Shown here piece after piece: positions 11,293 through 22,130 of a DNA stretch of 64,000 nucleotides (the first letter of the stretch is position 1; every line of letters starts with the position of its first letter). This DNA is from Myxococcales bacterium (GTDB lineage: Bacteria > Myxococcota_A > UBA9042). The notes under the pieces were generated by a model. The model did no database searches. It was not told where the DNA came from and worked only from the letters and a program-made list of their open reading frames with translations. The stretch lies in the NCBI GenBank assembly GCA_037441385.1, contig JBBISH010000003.1, forward strand, positions 102,045 through 166,044, written 5' to 3'. A program made the position numbers and the translations under genes.

Positions 11293-12207
11293 CTAGCTCT
11301 TGGGTGGCACGACCTTGCCCTTCCACACCGCGCGGCGAATCGCATCGCAGTCGCAATGCCACTCGGGCGGGGCCTGTTGGCACACCAGCGCCGCGATCAG
11401 CCGATGACCAGCACCGTTGGGGTGCACGTGGTCAAAGTCGTGGTATTGCTTGGCCAAGAACTGTTGGGGCACGGCGCGCGCGGCTTGGACCCAGCGGTCC
11501 TTTTCGGCGACTTGCTTGGCCCAGGGGCTGCGGGCGAACGTGTCGGCCAGGTCCTCGCGCGGTCGCAGCGGCGCACTGGAGCCCGCTCGCAGCGGGCTGC
11601 GCCACAGGTCGATGCCAATAGCAGGTAGTTCGCCGGGTTGCCACTTCTCAGGGTCGCCGTCGCGCTGGGCCACTCGCCGCCCAAACGCCTGACTTGGCGT
11701 CAGATGCCCCAGGACGAACTCGACGACGTGCTCGGTCGCGCGGTGCAGGCGCAGCGCCTTCCAGCCGTCGAAGCGCGGATCGTCGTCGCTGCCCCAAGGC
11801 GATAGGGACAGCGCCAGCACCTTCAGCCCGGCCTGGTGGCTTTGCACAAACAGGCGGCTCAGCCACCACGACGTCGACTCGGGCGACCACACCGAATTCA
11901 ACCCGCCCTGGATGAACACCCACGTCAGGCCTTGGCGCGTCGCGGGTTCGTCCAAGACGGTCGCCTTCAGGTTTTTCAGGATCTTACTGGCCCCAGCCCC
12001 CACTTCGCCGTGGTTGATCACTTCCAGGTCGCTGCAGCCATACTGCAGGTACTGGCCAAAATTGCCGGCGTAGTAGCGCGAGATCGAACCGCCGAGCACC
12101 ACCGCCCGCACGGGACGGTCGGTGCGCCACGGCCCCGCTTTGCCGTCTTGGGCGTGGACCGGCCAGGCCAGCACGGCCGCGGCCAGCAGCGTGACAAATC
12201 GCCACAC
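11293..12207 (-). CDS. secreted SGNH/GDSL-like hydrolase
   Basis: Signal peptide; LGGSIS, NHGEVG, GGLN, DHVHPNGAGH blocks. Confidence 0.75.
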   Translation of the reverse strand: MWRFVTLLAAAVLAWPVHAQDGKAGPWRTDRPVRAVVLGGSISRYYAGNFGQYLQYGCSDLEVINHGEVGAGASKILKNLKATVLDEPATRQGLTWVFIQGGLNSVWSPESTSWWLSRLFVQSHQAGLKVLALSLSPWGSDDDPRFDGWKALRLHRATEHVVEFVLGHLTPSQAFGRRVAQRDGDPEKWQPGELPAIGIDLWRSPLRAGSSAPLRPREDLADTFARSPWAKQVAEKDRWVQAARAVPQQFLAKQYHDFDHVHPNGAGHRLIAALVCQQAPPEWHCDCDAIRRAVWKGKVVPPKS

Positions 12208-12210
12208 GGC

Positions 12211-13218
12211 CTACGCCCGCCGCAAGGTCGCCACGCAATCGGCGACCATCTGGACCAGATCGCGGCACGGCTCGATGCCCAGCAGCACGCGCATCTTGGA
12301 CGACTCGGCCACCAGCGCCGCGATATCGCCGTCGCGCCGCCCGGTGATCACGTGCGGAACCGGCACGCCCATGACCTTTTCGACCGCGTGCACTACTTCT
12401 AGGACGCTCGAGGGCCGACCCGAGCCCACATGCAGCACTTCGTGGGCCGCTTGCCCGGCCATGCAGGTGGCGCGGCTGTACTTGGCGCCCCGTACCAGCG
12501 CCGCGATCACATCGCGCATGTGCACGTAATCGCGCAGGCACGTGCCGTCGGGCGTGGGCCAGTCGGTGCCAAAGACCTTGAGCGGCGGCAGATCACCCCA
12601 GGCCGCCCGCACCGCCAGCGGAATCAGGTGCGACTCGGGCTCGTGCCGCTCGGCACAACCGCAATCGGCGCCCGAAACATTGAAGAACCGCAGGGCCATC
12701 GTGGCGATGCGCCCCGTCGCTGCCGCTGCCGCCAGGGTCTGCTCCGCGTGCCATTTGCTGAGTCCATACGGACTTTCGGGCTGGATCACCGCCAGTTCGT
12801 CCAACTGCTCCGCGCCGCCCTGGTCGGGCCCCAGCACGGCCGCCGACGAAGCCAAGACCAGCGCCGGCACACCAGCTTCCAAGCACGCCTCGGTGACCAC
12901 CCGCGTGCCCTCAGCGTTGACCGAAAGGTACCGGTCCGCCTGGGCCACCGACTCGCCCACCAAGATCAACGCGGCCAAATGGAACACGGCCTCGGGCGCA
13001 CCGCCGCACGCCTGCAGCGCCTCGCGAACCGCTTCCGGATCGCGGACATCCCCCGTCACCACCTGGACGGAAGCGGGCAGCGTGTCGCGGTGACCGCGCT
13101 CAAAGCTGTCCAGCGCCACCACCCGCGTGCCTTCCGCGAGCAGGTGCTGGACCAGGGTCGTGCCGACAAAGCCGCCAGCGCCAGTCACCAGCGCCGTGCG
13201 TAAAGGTCGATCGAACAT
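12211..13218 (-). CDS. galE: UDP-glucose 4-epimerase
   Basis: TGAGGFVG, YGLSK, RFFNVSGA, TPDGTCLRDYVH. Confidence 0.88.
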   Translation of the reverse strand: MFDRPLRTALVTGAGGFVGTTLVQHLLAEGTRVVALDSFERGHRDTLPASVQVVTGDVRDPEAVREALQACGGAPEAVFHLAALILVGESVAQADRYLSVNAEGTRVVTEACLEAGVPALVLASSAAVLGPDQGGAEQLDELAVIQPESPYGLSKWHAEQTLAAAAATGRIATMALRFFNVSGADCGCAERHEPESHLIPLAVRAAWGDLPPLKVFGTDWPTPDGTCLRDYVHMRDVIAALVRGAKYSRATCMAGQAAHEVLHVGSGRPSSVLEVVHAVEKVMGVPVPHVITGRRDGDIAALVAESSKMRVLLGIEPCRDLVQMVADCVATLRRA

Positions 13219-13253
13219 CGGCCATCTCCCAAGTTTTTGTGAATGAACGGAAT

Positions 13254-13739
13254 TTAGTGGTGGTGCCCACCGGGACCGTGCACGTGGCCGTGGCTGAGCT
13301 CCTCGGCGCTAGCCTGGCGGACCTCGACGATCTCGATGGCGAAGTGCAAGGTTTCGTCGGCCAGAGGGTGGTTGCCGTCCAGTACCACGTCGTCTTCGTG
13401 CGTGCCGGCGATCCACACCGGGAACGCGTTGCCCTGCTGATCCTCCAGCTCCAAGGGCAGGCCGATCTCGATGACAAAATCCTTGGGCAGGGCCGAGCGC
13501 GGCAGCGCGATCACCTTGGATTCATCGCGAGTTCCGTAGCCCTGCTCCGGGGCAACCGAGATCTTGCGCTTGTCGCCCTTGGTCAGGCCCAGCAGCTCGC
13601 TCTCCAAGCCGGGGACGATGTTGTGGTGGCCGACCAGGAAGAAGAATTCGCCGTCGCTCGACGCGTCGATGACCTCGTCGTCGTCGCCAAGGCGCAGTTC
13701 GTAGTTCATGGCAACGACAGTGTTCTGGGCAATTTTCAT
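13254..13739 (-). CDS. slyD: FKBP-type peptidyl-prolyl isomerase SlyD
   Basis: IVPGLE, PEQGYG, DGNHPLA, His-rich tail HGHVHGPGGHHH. Confidence 0.95.
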   Translation of the reverse strand: MKIAQNTVVAMNYELRLGDDDEVIDASSDGEFFFLVGHHNIVPGLESELLGLTKGDKRKISVAPEQGYGTRDESKVIALPRSALPKDFVIEIGLPLELEDQQGNAFPVWIAGTHEDDVVLDGNHPLADETLHFAIEIVEVRQASAEELSHGHVHGPGGHHH

Positions 13740-13862
13740 CTTTGAATCCAACGGGCTTGGCCCGAGATCGAGTCCATTTGCCGACCAGAAGGGGCCGGCG
13801 AAGGCGCAAGTCTGCCACGGTTTCCCGCCGCATGCACGGCCTGATTCGGCCCAAACGGGGGG

Positions 13863-16376
13863 CTAGGGCGGCGGCCCGAAGTCGGTGGCCACGCGCGGCG
13901 CCAGCTTCTCTTGCGAATAGCTGAAGTACAACAAGCCACGCACGAAGCTGAACTTGCTGCCATTTTTGGGACGAGCGATGTCTTTGTCCCAGGCCACCAG
14001 CAGGTCGTCGAGCCGCAGCCCGCCTGCCAGGAGCACCTCGCCGTAGTCCTTGCCCGTGTCGGCGTCGGCATTTTCGCTTTCAACTTGGGCGTCAACGACT
14101 TGCACGAGCATCGACCGGTACGGCAGCGACGTAGGTGCCACGGCCAGCACGGCTGCGTCGATGGTCAGGGCCGTCGGCGCCTGAGGCAGCACCGCCCCGG
14201 CCTCGATCTGGGCGGCAGCAAGAGCCCTTAGACCAAACAGGTCCGCAACTTTGCCCGTCACGGTCACCTCTTGCCCCACCTGCAGCCCCGCGTTCGCCGC
14301 GGCCGGCTGAATGTAGACGCCGCCCCACGCCACCGCCGGCACCGTTTGCGCCCAGACCGCGTCGCCCTTCTTGGTCGCGGCGGTCACCTGCAGGCCGCTG
14401 ATGCGAACTCGCTCCCCCGGGGGCCATAACTCGGGGTGCTGGTTGAATTCCACCGCGCTCAGCTCGGTGACCGGGCAGGCCGTGTCACCGGGATTGGCGG
14501 CTTTGGGGCACGCGTCGCAGGCATCGCCCTTGCCGTCTTTGTCGCCGTCGAGCTGCGTGTCATTGGCGACTTGCGGGCAATTGTCCTGGTCGTTGGCCAC
14601 GCCATCGCCGTCCAGGTCGGTGGGGCTAGGCTTGGGGCAGGTCGTGGCGTTCTGGACCAGCGGGCACGGATCGCACGCGTCGCCCTGCTTGTCGCCGTCC
14701 AGGTCGCTCTGGTCGGGATTCCAGACCTTGGGGCAATTGTCGGCGGTACCCACGGCGCGGTCGCCGTCGGCATCGGCGGTACTGGGCGGGTCCGCCAGGC
14801 TGGGGGCCATGTCGCACTTGAGCAACGCATCGCCAGCGGTGCCGCATAGGAACAGCGGCCACAGCTGATAGGCGTAGTTGTAGTCTGCGCTTGGACTGTC
14901 CTTGGTCTTGGCGGCGGCCAGCGCTTCCAGCAGCGTCTGCTGGACCTGCGCCAGGGTCTGCGTTCCTTTGGCGCCGGTCGCGGGATCGGCGGTGCAAAGG
15001 CGCTTGGAAACTCCACAGACATCCACTACTTCGCAGTCGCCCTTGCCCAGTTGCTGCATGAGCTCGTCGTCACCGTAGAGCGCCTTGCCGCCCACCATGG
15101 TCAGGCGCACTTGCTCGGGGCGCGCGGCGATCACACTGGGCAAGGGCTTCTTGCGGTCGCCGGAAAACACCGCGATATCCGCCATATAACCGGTCGCGAG
15201 TTTACCCACCCAGTTGTCGGCACCCACCGCCTTGGCCGCCTGCGTCGTGGCCATGCCCACCAAGATCTCGGGCGTGAGCATCCCGCCAAAGCGCTTGTCG
15301 CTCAACATCTTGGCGCACTTCAGCTCGTCGAGCGGGTGGATCGAGCCCGAGGCCGTCCAATCGGGCCCCAACGCCACGGTCAGACCCAAGTTGAGCGCGG
15401 TGGGCACGCGGGTCGTGTCGCCGTACAGATCCAAATTCGACTGTGGCGACCAAATGATCGCGATGTTCTGCTGGCGCGCTTCGGCCAGTTCGACGCCGCC
15501 CAGACCGGTGGCGTGGATCAGCGAGACGTGCGGCCGCGCCAGACCCAAGTCCACGAGATCGCGCCACTCTTGCGTGGCGGCCGCGTTGACCCCCTCGCCC
15601 AAGTGGATGATCACGTCCTGGAAGGTCGACGCCTCTAGACCCGCTTTCCAGGCATCGATGTCGCTCTGCGCGGCGCCGCCAATGGCCGGTACCACATGGG
15701 TCTCGATCAAGTAGCCGGTTAGCCCACTTGCGCCCTTCTTGTCGTCCAGATCGCGTACCCAACCTGTCGCACAGGTGCCCACCGAACTGGACACCCCCTG
15801 CACCGACGTCACCCCCGACATGAGCTCGCGAAACTCCATCCACTTCAGGTTTTCGCACTTGGCCTGGGTGGTGACCGTGGCGTTGGACTTCTTGAACGCC
15901 TTGTAGCTGCTATCTTTTTGCCAAGCGTACCGATCGGCAAAGAGTTGGCTGTGCTGCCAGCGCGGCAGGTGGTCGTAGGTGCCGTGGTCGTGGGCGTTGA
16001 TCAGGCCCGGCACGATGATGCCGCCGGTGCAGACGACCGTCGCTTTTTCGGCCTCGGGCGCCCCGTCGCAACTGCTCGAAACGCAGAGAATCTGCCCGGT
16101 CGCGGCGTTGACATAGACCTCGCCGTTGTCCAGGCGCAGCTCGCCCGTCCAAATCGTGCCGCGCAGGCGGATCAGTTTGGAATCGCCCGCGACAGGCTGA
16201 CACGGCAAGAACGTAATCGTATCGCCGTTCTTGGCGTCACCTACGTCTTGGTTGGCATGGGCGTCGGCGCCCGCGGCCGGCTCGCCGCTGCCACAACTGG
16301 CCAACGCCAGAGCCGAGACCAGCCAACCAACCAAAGTCGTTGAAATGGATAGCAATCGCCAGCAAGCAGAGCGCAT
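13863..16376 (-). CDS. lipoprotein: metal-dependent amidohydrolase (deaminase-like) + thrombospondin type-3 repeats + OB-fold-like C-terminus
   Basis: Lipobox [30 protein letters not shown]..NxDQxDxDGDxxGDACD repeats. Confidence 0.85.
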   Translation of the reverse strand: MRSACWRLLSISTTLVGWLVSALALASCGSGEPAAGADAHANQDVGDAKNGDTITFLPCQPVAGDSKLIRLRGTIWTGELRLDNGEVYVNAATGQILCVSSSCDGAPEAEKATVVCTGGIIVPGLINAHDHGTYDHLPRWQHSQLFADRYAWQKDSSYKAFKKSNATVTTQAKCENLKWMEFRELMSGVTSVQGVSSSVGTCATGWVRDLDDKKGASGLTGYLIETHVVPAIGGAAQSDIDAWKAGLEASTFQDVIIHLGEGVNAAATQEWRDLVDLGLARPHVSLIHATGLGGVELAEARQQNIAIIWSPQSNLDLYGDTTRVPTALNLGLTVALGPDWTASGSIHPLDELKCAKMLSDKRFGGMLTPEILVGMATTQAAKAVGADNWVGKLATGYMADIAVFSGDRKKPLPSVIAARPEQVRLTMVGGKALYGDDELMQQLGKGDCEVVDVCGVSKRLCTADPATGAKGTQTLAQVQQTLLEALAAAKTKDSPSADYNYAYQLWPLFLCGTAGDALLKCDMAPSLADPPSTADADGDRAVGTADNCPKVWNPDQSDLDGDKQGDACDPCPLVQNATTCPKPSPTDLDGDGVANDQDNCPQVANDTQLDGDKDGKGDACDACPKAANPGDTACPVTELSAVEFNQHPELWPPGERVRISGLQVTAATKKGDAVWAQTVPAVAWGGVYIQPAAANAGLQVGQEVTVTGKVADLFGLRALAAAQIEAGAVLPQAPTALTIDAAVLAVAPTSLPYRSMLVQVVDAQVESENADADTGKDYGEVLLAGGLRLDDLLVAWDKDIARPKNGSKFSFVRGLLYFSYSQEKLAPRVATDFGPPP

Positions 16377-16592
16377 GGGTGCATCCAAGGCAGGCCCGAA
16401 GCGGGCGCCGGTGCCGCAGCCGCGCAGCGCGACTCGTTCAGCATACGGTGACCGAGGCGGCCCGTCGAGGCGTGCACATACAGCGCAAGGATACGCTTGG
16501 AAACCGGCCGACTGTCAGGCATACTCAAAAGTGCGCGTCGCTGCCCCCCTGGCGACCAAGACTCGCAACCGCCGATTTCGGAGGCTGATCTC

Positions 16593-18125
16593 ATGCGTCT
16601 GCTCGCTCCTCGCTCCTACTCCTTGAAGGCCATGCTTGCCCTGGCGGCGCTGGTGGTGTCTGCCGCTGCAACCGGTTGCGGTTCGGATGCCAAGCCCGCA
16701 GCGGATACCGTTGACACCGAGGAAAATACCGACGAGCAAGACACGGTGGTGGGCGACGCCTCCTCGAACAAAGACTCGACCACCCCGGTCGACGGCAAAC
16801 CGGGCGAAATCGCGGTCGGCCCGGACGGCGCGCCGCTGGATACGGACGACACGGACGCGGCGACCGTGGACGAGCAGTCGGTCGACGGCGACGTGGGCCC
16901 GGGCGTGGACGCTTCGACCACGACCGACACGGCCGGCACCGACACCACCGCCGACGTCGCTGGGCCGAAAATCATCTTGCCCGACTGCGCCAGCGGCAGT
17001 TGCGCCAAGTGCTCGTTCTGCGGCAGTGCCCCGCTTTGCGTCGGCGGCGTCACCTACAACAACGACTGCGAGGCCATCTGCAAGCTGGACCTGAAAGAGG
17101 GTCTGGCACCGATCCTGGATCAGGTCAAAAAGGGCGCATGCCCGGACTGCGCGGCATGCGGCACCGAAGAAATCAAGTGCAACACCCAGACCAAGCACTG
17201 CAAACTGTGCGTCAATGGTGCGTGCACCGACAAGACTACGGCGAACTGCACCAAGGACACCGACTGCGCCACGGCGTTCGTGCAGTGCGCCACGCTCGAA
17301 GACGGCAGCAAGGTCGAGATCGACTCGCCCTGCCAGGCCACCTGCCTCAAGCTGAAGCAGGGCATCACCAACCCCACGCCGGGTGCCTGCAAGACCAAGT
17401 GCTCGGGCTCGCCGGCCTTTTGCCCGACCAGCAAGCCGTCGTCGGCGGTGCCCGAAGTGCCCGTCTGCGCTAAAGAAGATGGCAAGACCTACGCCACCGC
17501 CTGCGCCCTGAAGTACTGCTCGCTAGACGGCTGCTACGCCGAGGGCGAGACGGCCGCCACCAGCGCGTGCGGCGCCGGTCTGACCAAGGAGTGCGACGGC
17601 GCGTGCTTTGCCGATGCCTCGAAAGTCAGCGCCACCGCTGCCAATTGCCCCAAGGACTGCAACGCGGTCTGCGGCGTGCTGCCCACCGGCCGCGGCAAGT
17701 CGTTCCGCAACGAGTGCTTGGCCACCAACGCTGGCGCCAAGGTCAAGGACTGCTCGGGTATCACGGCCACGCCAGACGACAAGTGCGCGGCCGACACACT
17801 GTACACGGGCCGCGGCTGCTGCGGCGACGTGAACTACTCAGTTAGCGGTATCAAGCAGATCTGTGCCAAGAAGGTCGACGCCAAGGGCGGCCCCGACCTG
17901 TGGGTGACGTTCCGAAACTCGAACGAGTTCAAATGCTTGACCGGTACCGACGCCAGCTGGGAAATCCAATACTCCGGTCCGTGCCTGTGCCAGTGCTCGG
18001 ATGTCTACAAGCCCGTCTGCGGCGAAAACGGTCAGACGTACGCCAACCAGTGCGTCGCCGAGTGCTACAACAAGGCGTTGATGCCCAACTTCACCACCAA
18101 GCCGGGTGAGTGCGGCGCGCCGTAA
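16593..18125 (+). CDS. Cys-rich lipoprotein with multiple Kazal-like modules
   Basis: GGAGG RBS; lipobox TGC; PVCGENGQTYANQC and similar motifs. Confidence 0.8.
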   Translation: MRLLAPRSYSLKAMLALAALVVSAAATGCGSDAKPAADTVDTEENTDEQDTVVGDASSNKDSTTPVDGKPGEIAVGPDGAPLDTDDTDAATVDEQSVDGDVGPGVDASTTTDTAGTDTTADVAGPKIILPDCASGSCAKCSFCGSAPLCVGGVTYNNDCEAICKLDLKEGLAPILDQVKKGACPDCAACGTEEIKCNTQTKHCKLCVNGACTDKTTANCTKDTDCATAFVQCATLEDGSKVEIDSPCQATCLKLKQGITNPTPGACKTKCSGSPAFCPTSKPSSAVPEVPVCAKEDGKTYATACALKYCSLDGCYAEGETAATSACGAGLTKECDGACFADASKVSATAANCPKDCNAVCGVLPTGRGKSFRNECLATNAGAKVKDCSGITATPDDKCAADTLYTGRGCCGDVNYSVSGIKQICAKKVDAKGGPDLWVTFRNSNEFKCLTGTDASWEIQYSGPCLCQCSDVYKPVCGENGQTYANQCVAECYNKALMPNFTTKPGECGAP

Positions 18126-18142
18126 GCGCCTGTAAAGTCTAG

Positions 18143-18790
18143 CTATTCAACGGGCTTGTCCGGAGCAATCTGGGCAAGCCTGTTGGTTTTTGCGGCCGCC
18201 AGCGTCCGCCACGGCAGCCTGCGCAAGCCCACCAACTGACCGGCCCGGGCCACGAAATCGCCATAGAGTTCTGGATGATCGATGAGGTGTTGGCGGAGCG
18301 CAGCATAGCGCGCCACCGCGGGCGCCAGGCTCTTGGGCAACCCGGACCAGGCGGCGTCGGCGATGCGCCCCGCCAGTCCCGGGGCGGAACCACCTGTACT
18401 TACGGCAAGCTGCACGTCGCCGCGCCGGCGCACCGCCATCCACCACGCCGAGCACGAAGCGGGCCGATCCGCGGCGGTGCAGAAGATGCAAGCCTGCTCG
18501 CAAGCGGCGAAAACCTGGGCGTCGACCTCGTCGCGATCGGTGCAGGCCACCACCAGAAAATGGCCGGCGACATCGGTAGCTGCGAAGGGCCGCGCCTGCC
18601 AGATGACGGCGCCCGCTTCCGCCAGCGCCTGCAGTTGCGGAACGGCCCATGGGGCGACCAGTTGCACCTGGGCCCCGGCGGCCAGCAGCGTCTCGACCTT
18701 GCGCGCCGCCACGTGGCCGGCCCCCACCACCAAGACGGGGCGGCCCTGCAAGCGCAGCGCGATGGGAAGGGGCGCCGCGGTCGCGCTCAC
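18143..18790 (-). CDS. precorrin-2 dehydrogenase/sirohydrochlorin ferrochelatase (CysG N-terminal/SirC-like)
   Basis: LVVGAGHVAARK, AVSTGGSAPGLA; GTG overlaps the cobA stop. Confidence 0.88.
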   Translation of the reverse strand: MSATAAPLPIALRLQGRPVLVVGAGHVAARKVETLLAAGAQVQLVAPWAVPQLQALAEAGAVIWQARPFAATDVAGHFLVVACTDRDEVDAQVFAACEQACIFCTAADRPASCSAWWMAVRRRGDVQLAVSTGGSAPGLAGRIADAAWSGLPKSLAPAVARYAALRQHLIDHPELYGDFVARAGQLVGLRRLPWRTLAAAKTNRLAQIAPDKPVE

Positions 18791-19545
18791 GGTAGCCACC
18801 GCTGCTCGACCACGGCGCCCAGCACGGCCACCGACGGGCTGTGCGGCACGTCGGCATCGGCATCGGCCAGGGCTTGGGCCAGGGTGGTGACGATGCGCAC
18901 CTGTTCGTCGCGGCCGGCCCAGGTGACCCAAGCGAGCGGCAAATCAGGTGGATAGTCGGCCCGCAGCAGCTCGCCGAGCCAGCGCGCTCGGCTGGCGACG
19001 CCCATCAGCACCACCAACGTGAGCTGCGGCGCATAGGCCGGCCAAATCGGCAGCGCTCCGTCTTGCCGGTGGGCCGAGATCACCGCGAACCCATCCGCAA
19101 CACCTCGCAGTGTCAACGGAATTCCAGCCAACGTCGGCGCCGCGAGCGCCGAGGACACGCCCGGCACCACGTCAAAGGGCACATCGGCCGCGACCAAGGC
19201 CGCCACCTCTTCGCCGGCCCGCCCCAGCACCATCGGATCGCCGCCTTTGAGGCGCACCACCGCTTTGCCTGCCTGGCCAAGACGGACCAGCAAATGATTG
19301 ATCTCGTTCTGCTTCATCCCGTGGGCCCCGGCGCGCTTGCCGGCGTCGATGATCGCGCAGCGCAGGCCACTCAGCAGTGCGGGGTCGACCAACGCGTCGA
19401 CCACCACCACATCGGCCGACTGCAGCAAGGACAAGCCGCGCAGCGTGATGAGGTCTGGGGCGCCCGGCCCGGCGCCCACCAGGTAGACCCAGCCAGGCTG
19501 GGCGCGCGGCAGCGAGAGGGCGGGTTCGAGCAGAGGGTTCCACAT
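18787..19545 (-). CDS. cobA: uroporphyrinogen-III C-methyltransferase
   Basis: VYLVGAGPGAPDLITLRG, RLKGGDP, VPGVSS. Confidence 0.93.
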   Translation of the reverse strand: MWNPLLEPALSLPRAQPGWVYLVGAGPGAPDLITLRGLSLLQSADVVVVDALVDPALLSGLRCAIIDAGKRAGAHGMKQNEINHLLVRLGQAGKAVVRLKGGDPMVLGRAGEEVAALVAADVPFDVVPGVSSALAAPTLAGIPLTLRGVADGFAVISAHRQDGALPIWPAYAPQLTLVVLMGVASRARWLGELLRADYPPDLPLAWVTWAGRDEQVRIVTTLAQALADADADVPHSPSVAVLGAVVEQRWLP

Positions 19546-19626
19546 GGGCGCGCAGTGTAGCCGCCACTGGATGCGCCGAAAACTCGCGATGCCCCAAGCC
19601 CGCGCTATGCTGCCAGTTGACGCCAA

Positions 19627-20469
19627 GTGGCGCAGGTTCGCATTGCCGTGGCCGAAACCGCCCAGCCCGCCCCCTGGTGGCAGTCGTTCGCGATGCGCGT
19701 GGCGGGGCTGCCCGTGTACTGGCTGACCTACTTGGGCTCGGTGATCCTGTTCGCCTGCACCGCAATGTGGCGCGCACGCAAGCGACCGCTCCGCGTGGGC
19801 GTGTACCTGCAACAGATGGAATTCGTGGGCGTGGGCTCACTGGGGATCATCCTGCTGACCGGCGGCTTTACCGGCGCCGTGTTCGCGATTCAGACCTCCG
19901 TCGCGTTCGACATCTTCAAGGCCAAGGCGTTGATCGGCGGCTCGGTCGCGCTGGCCTTGGTGCTGGAACTGGCCCCCACCATTGGCGCCTTGATGGTGGC
20001 GGGCCGGGTCGGTTCGGCGATGACCACCGAACTGGGCACGATGCGCGTGACCGAGCAGATCGACGCGCTGGAGACGATGGCGGTAGACCCGCTGCACTAC
20101 CTGATTGCCCCAAGGCTTTTGTCGTGCACGCTGATGATGCCGCTGCTGACGATTGCCTTCAACGCCGTGGGGCTGGTGGGCGCCTATGTGGTCTGCACGG
20201 CAATGCTGGGCGTCGATCGCGCGGCCTTCTTTTCGCGCATCTACGAGTGGGTCAACCCATCGGACATCTACTGCTCGGTGGTCAAGGGGACGGCGTTCGG
20301 CGCCATCATCGGCGCGATCGCGTCGTACAAGGGCTTCAACGCCTCGGGCGGCTCGCGCGGCGTCGGTTTGGCCACCACCAGCACCGTCGTCACGGCCAGC
20401 GTCACCGTGCTCATCGTCGACTACCTGATCACCAGCGTTTGGATGATCCTGTTCCCCGTCGGTGGCTGA
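19627..20469 (+). CDS. mlaE: MlaE-family ABC permease
   Basis: ELAP, AGRVGSAMTTELGTMRVTEQIDALE. Confidence 0.92.
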   Translation: MAQVRIAVAETAQPAPWWQSFAMRVAGLPVYWLTYLGSVILFACTAMWRARKRPLRVGVYLQQMEFVGVGSLGIILLTGGFTGAVFAIQTSVAFDIFKAKALIGGSVALALVLELAPTIGALMVAGRVGSAMTTELGTMRVTEQIDALETMAVDPLHYLIAPRLLSCTLMMPLLTIAFNAVGLVGAYVVCTAMLGVDRAAFFSRIYEWVNPSDIYCSVVKGTAFGAIIGAIASYKGFNASGGSRGVGLATTSTVVTASVTVLIVDYLITSVWMILFPVGG

Positions 20470-20553
20470 CGGCTGTTTGCACTCGCACGGGCCGACCCGT
20501 ACACTGCGCCGCGCTGCCGGGACCGGGCCTGCGGCGACCCTACGCGAGGATTC

Positions 20554-21691
20554 ATGGCAACTTTTTCCGACCTGAGGTCCTGCGCCAGCGCCATCGACGA
20601 GCGAATCGATGCGCTGCGCAGGAGTCTTTGACTGCGACGCCAAAGCCGCCCGCTTGCATGAGCTGGAAGCCCTGAGCGCCGAGGGCGATTTCTGGCTCGA
20701 CGCCGACCGCGCCCAGAAATTGATGAAAGAGCGCGGTGACATCGCCGCCGACCTGGCCAACGTCGATGAGCCGGCCACGGCCGTGCGCGACGTGCGGGAC
20801 ATGGCCGACCTGGCCGAAATGGAAGGCGAAACGGCGATCATCGACGACCTGCAGCGCCAGCTGGACGAAGTGGCGGCGCGGCTGGACGCCGTGGAATTCG
20901 CCCGCACCATGGCGGGCCATACCGACAAGTCGCCGGCCATCCTGCAGATCAACGCCGGTGCGGGCGGTACCGAAAGCGCGGACTGGGCGCTGATGCTCCT
21001 GCGCATGTACACCCGCTGGGGCGAAACGCACGGCATGAAGGTGGAATTGCTGGACGAAGTGCCGGGCGAAGAGGCCGGCATCCGCAACGCCGTGCTGCGC
21101 ATCGAGGGCCCGTTCGCGTTTGGCTGGCTCAAAGCCGAGAACGGCGTGCACCGCCTGGTGCGCATCAGCCCATTTGACGCCGCCAAGCGCCGCCACACCA
21201 GCTTTTGCAGCGTGTTCGTCGTGCCCGAAGAAGACGACGAGATCGACATCGAGATCAACGAAGGCGACCTGCGAGTCGATACCTTCCGCGCGTCGGGCGC
21301 GGGCGGCCAGCACGTCAACCGCACCGACTCGGCGATCCGCCTGACCCACATCCCTACCGGCATCGCGGTGGCGGTGCAGGCCGAGCGCAGCCAGCACAAG
21401 AACCGCAGTCTGGCGATGAAGATGCTGAAAGCGCGCCTGATCGACCTGGAACGCAAGAAGCGCAACGCCGTCAAAGACGAGATCGAGGCGGCGAAGATGG
21501 GCATCAATTTCGGTAGCCAGATCCGCAGTTACGTGCTGCAGCCCTACCAGATGGTCAAGGACCACCGCACCGGCCACCAGACCAGCAACACGGCCGGGGT
21601 GCTCGACGGCGACCTGGGCGGGTTCATGAAGGCGTACTTGCTGGCGTCGGCCTCGGGGGCGCCGCTGGCGGTGCAGGTGGACGACGACTAA
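20554..21691 (+). CDS. prfB: peptide chain release factor 2 with +1 programmed frameshift
   Basis: ATG at 20554; CTT TGA C at 20626-20632 preceded by AGGAG; SPF and GGQ motifs in the +1 frame. Confidence 0.97.
20620..20632 (+). promoter_or_regulatory. RF2 frameshift cassette (internal SD + CTT TGA C)
   Basis: aggagtctttgac. Confidence 0.95.
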
Positions 21692-21719
21692 GTCCGGGTA
21701 CGGACGTACGTCCCGCGCG

Positions 21720-21773
<54 letters not shown>

Positions 21774-21816
21774 AAAAACGACAAGGGCCCGGCCGAAGTA
21801 CATCGACCGGGCCCCT
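21774..21816 (-). terminator. intrinsic terminator of the tRNA operon
   Basis: Minus strand GGGCCCGGTCGA...TCGGCCGGGCCC stem followed by TTGTCGTTTTT. Confidence 0.7.
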
Positions 21817-21822
21817 GAAGGG

Positions 21823-21895
21823 CGTCCCCAGCGGGAATCGAACCCGCGTTATCGGCGTGAAAGGCCGGTGTCCTAGGCCGCTAGACGATGGGGAC
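21823..21895 (-). tRNA. tRNA-Glu(TTC)
   Basis: GTCCCCATCGTCTAGCGGCCTAGGACACCGGCCTTTCACGCCGATAACGCGGGTTCGATTCCCGCTGGGGACG. Confidence 0.95.
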
Positions 21896-21896
21896 G

Positions 21897-21972
21897 TGGT
21901 GAGCCGGGAGGGAATCGAACCCTCGACCAACAGATTAAAAGTCTGCTGCTCTACCGACTGAGCTACCGGCTC
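21897..21972 (-). tRNA. tRNA-Lys(TTT)
   Basis: GAGCCGGTAGCTCAGTCGGTAGAGCAGCAGACTTTTAATCTGTTGGTCGAGGGTTCGATTCCCTCCCGGCTCACCA. Confidence 0.97.
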
Positions 21973-22055
21973 AGGTAGGTCGGCAAATCCGGGGAAACAC
22001 GCTTGGGTGTCAGGTTGCGGTGGCCTAAAGCCGCACGCCCGCGCAGGGCCGGCGC

Positions 22056-22084
22056 AGTCTAGAGACGAATGCCGGCAGCGTCAA
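22056..22084 (-). promoter_or_regulatory. sigma70-type promoter of the tRNA operon
   Basis: TTGACG-17nt-TAGACT followed by a GC-rich discriminator. Confidence 0.75.
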
Positions 22085-22130
22085 GGCCCGTCGCGCCAGC
22101 AATTGCCAAAGCGCTGTTGACACCGCGCAG

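Noticed and set aside
21823..21972. tRNA as an island integration site
   Set aside because: No integrase or duplicated tRNA 3' end seen; flanked by core genes prfB and lepA
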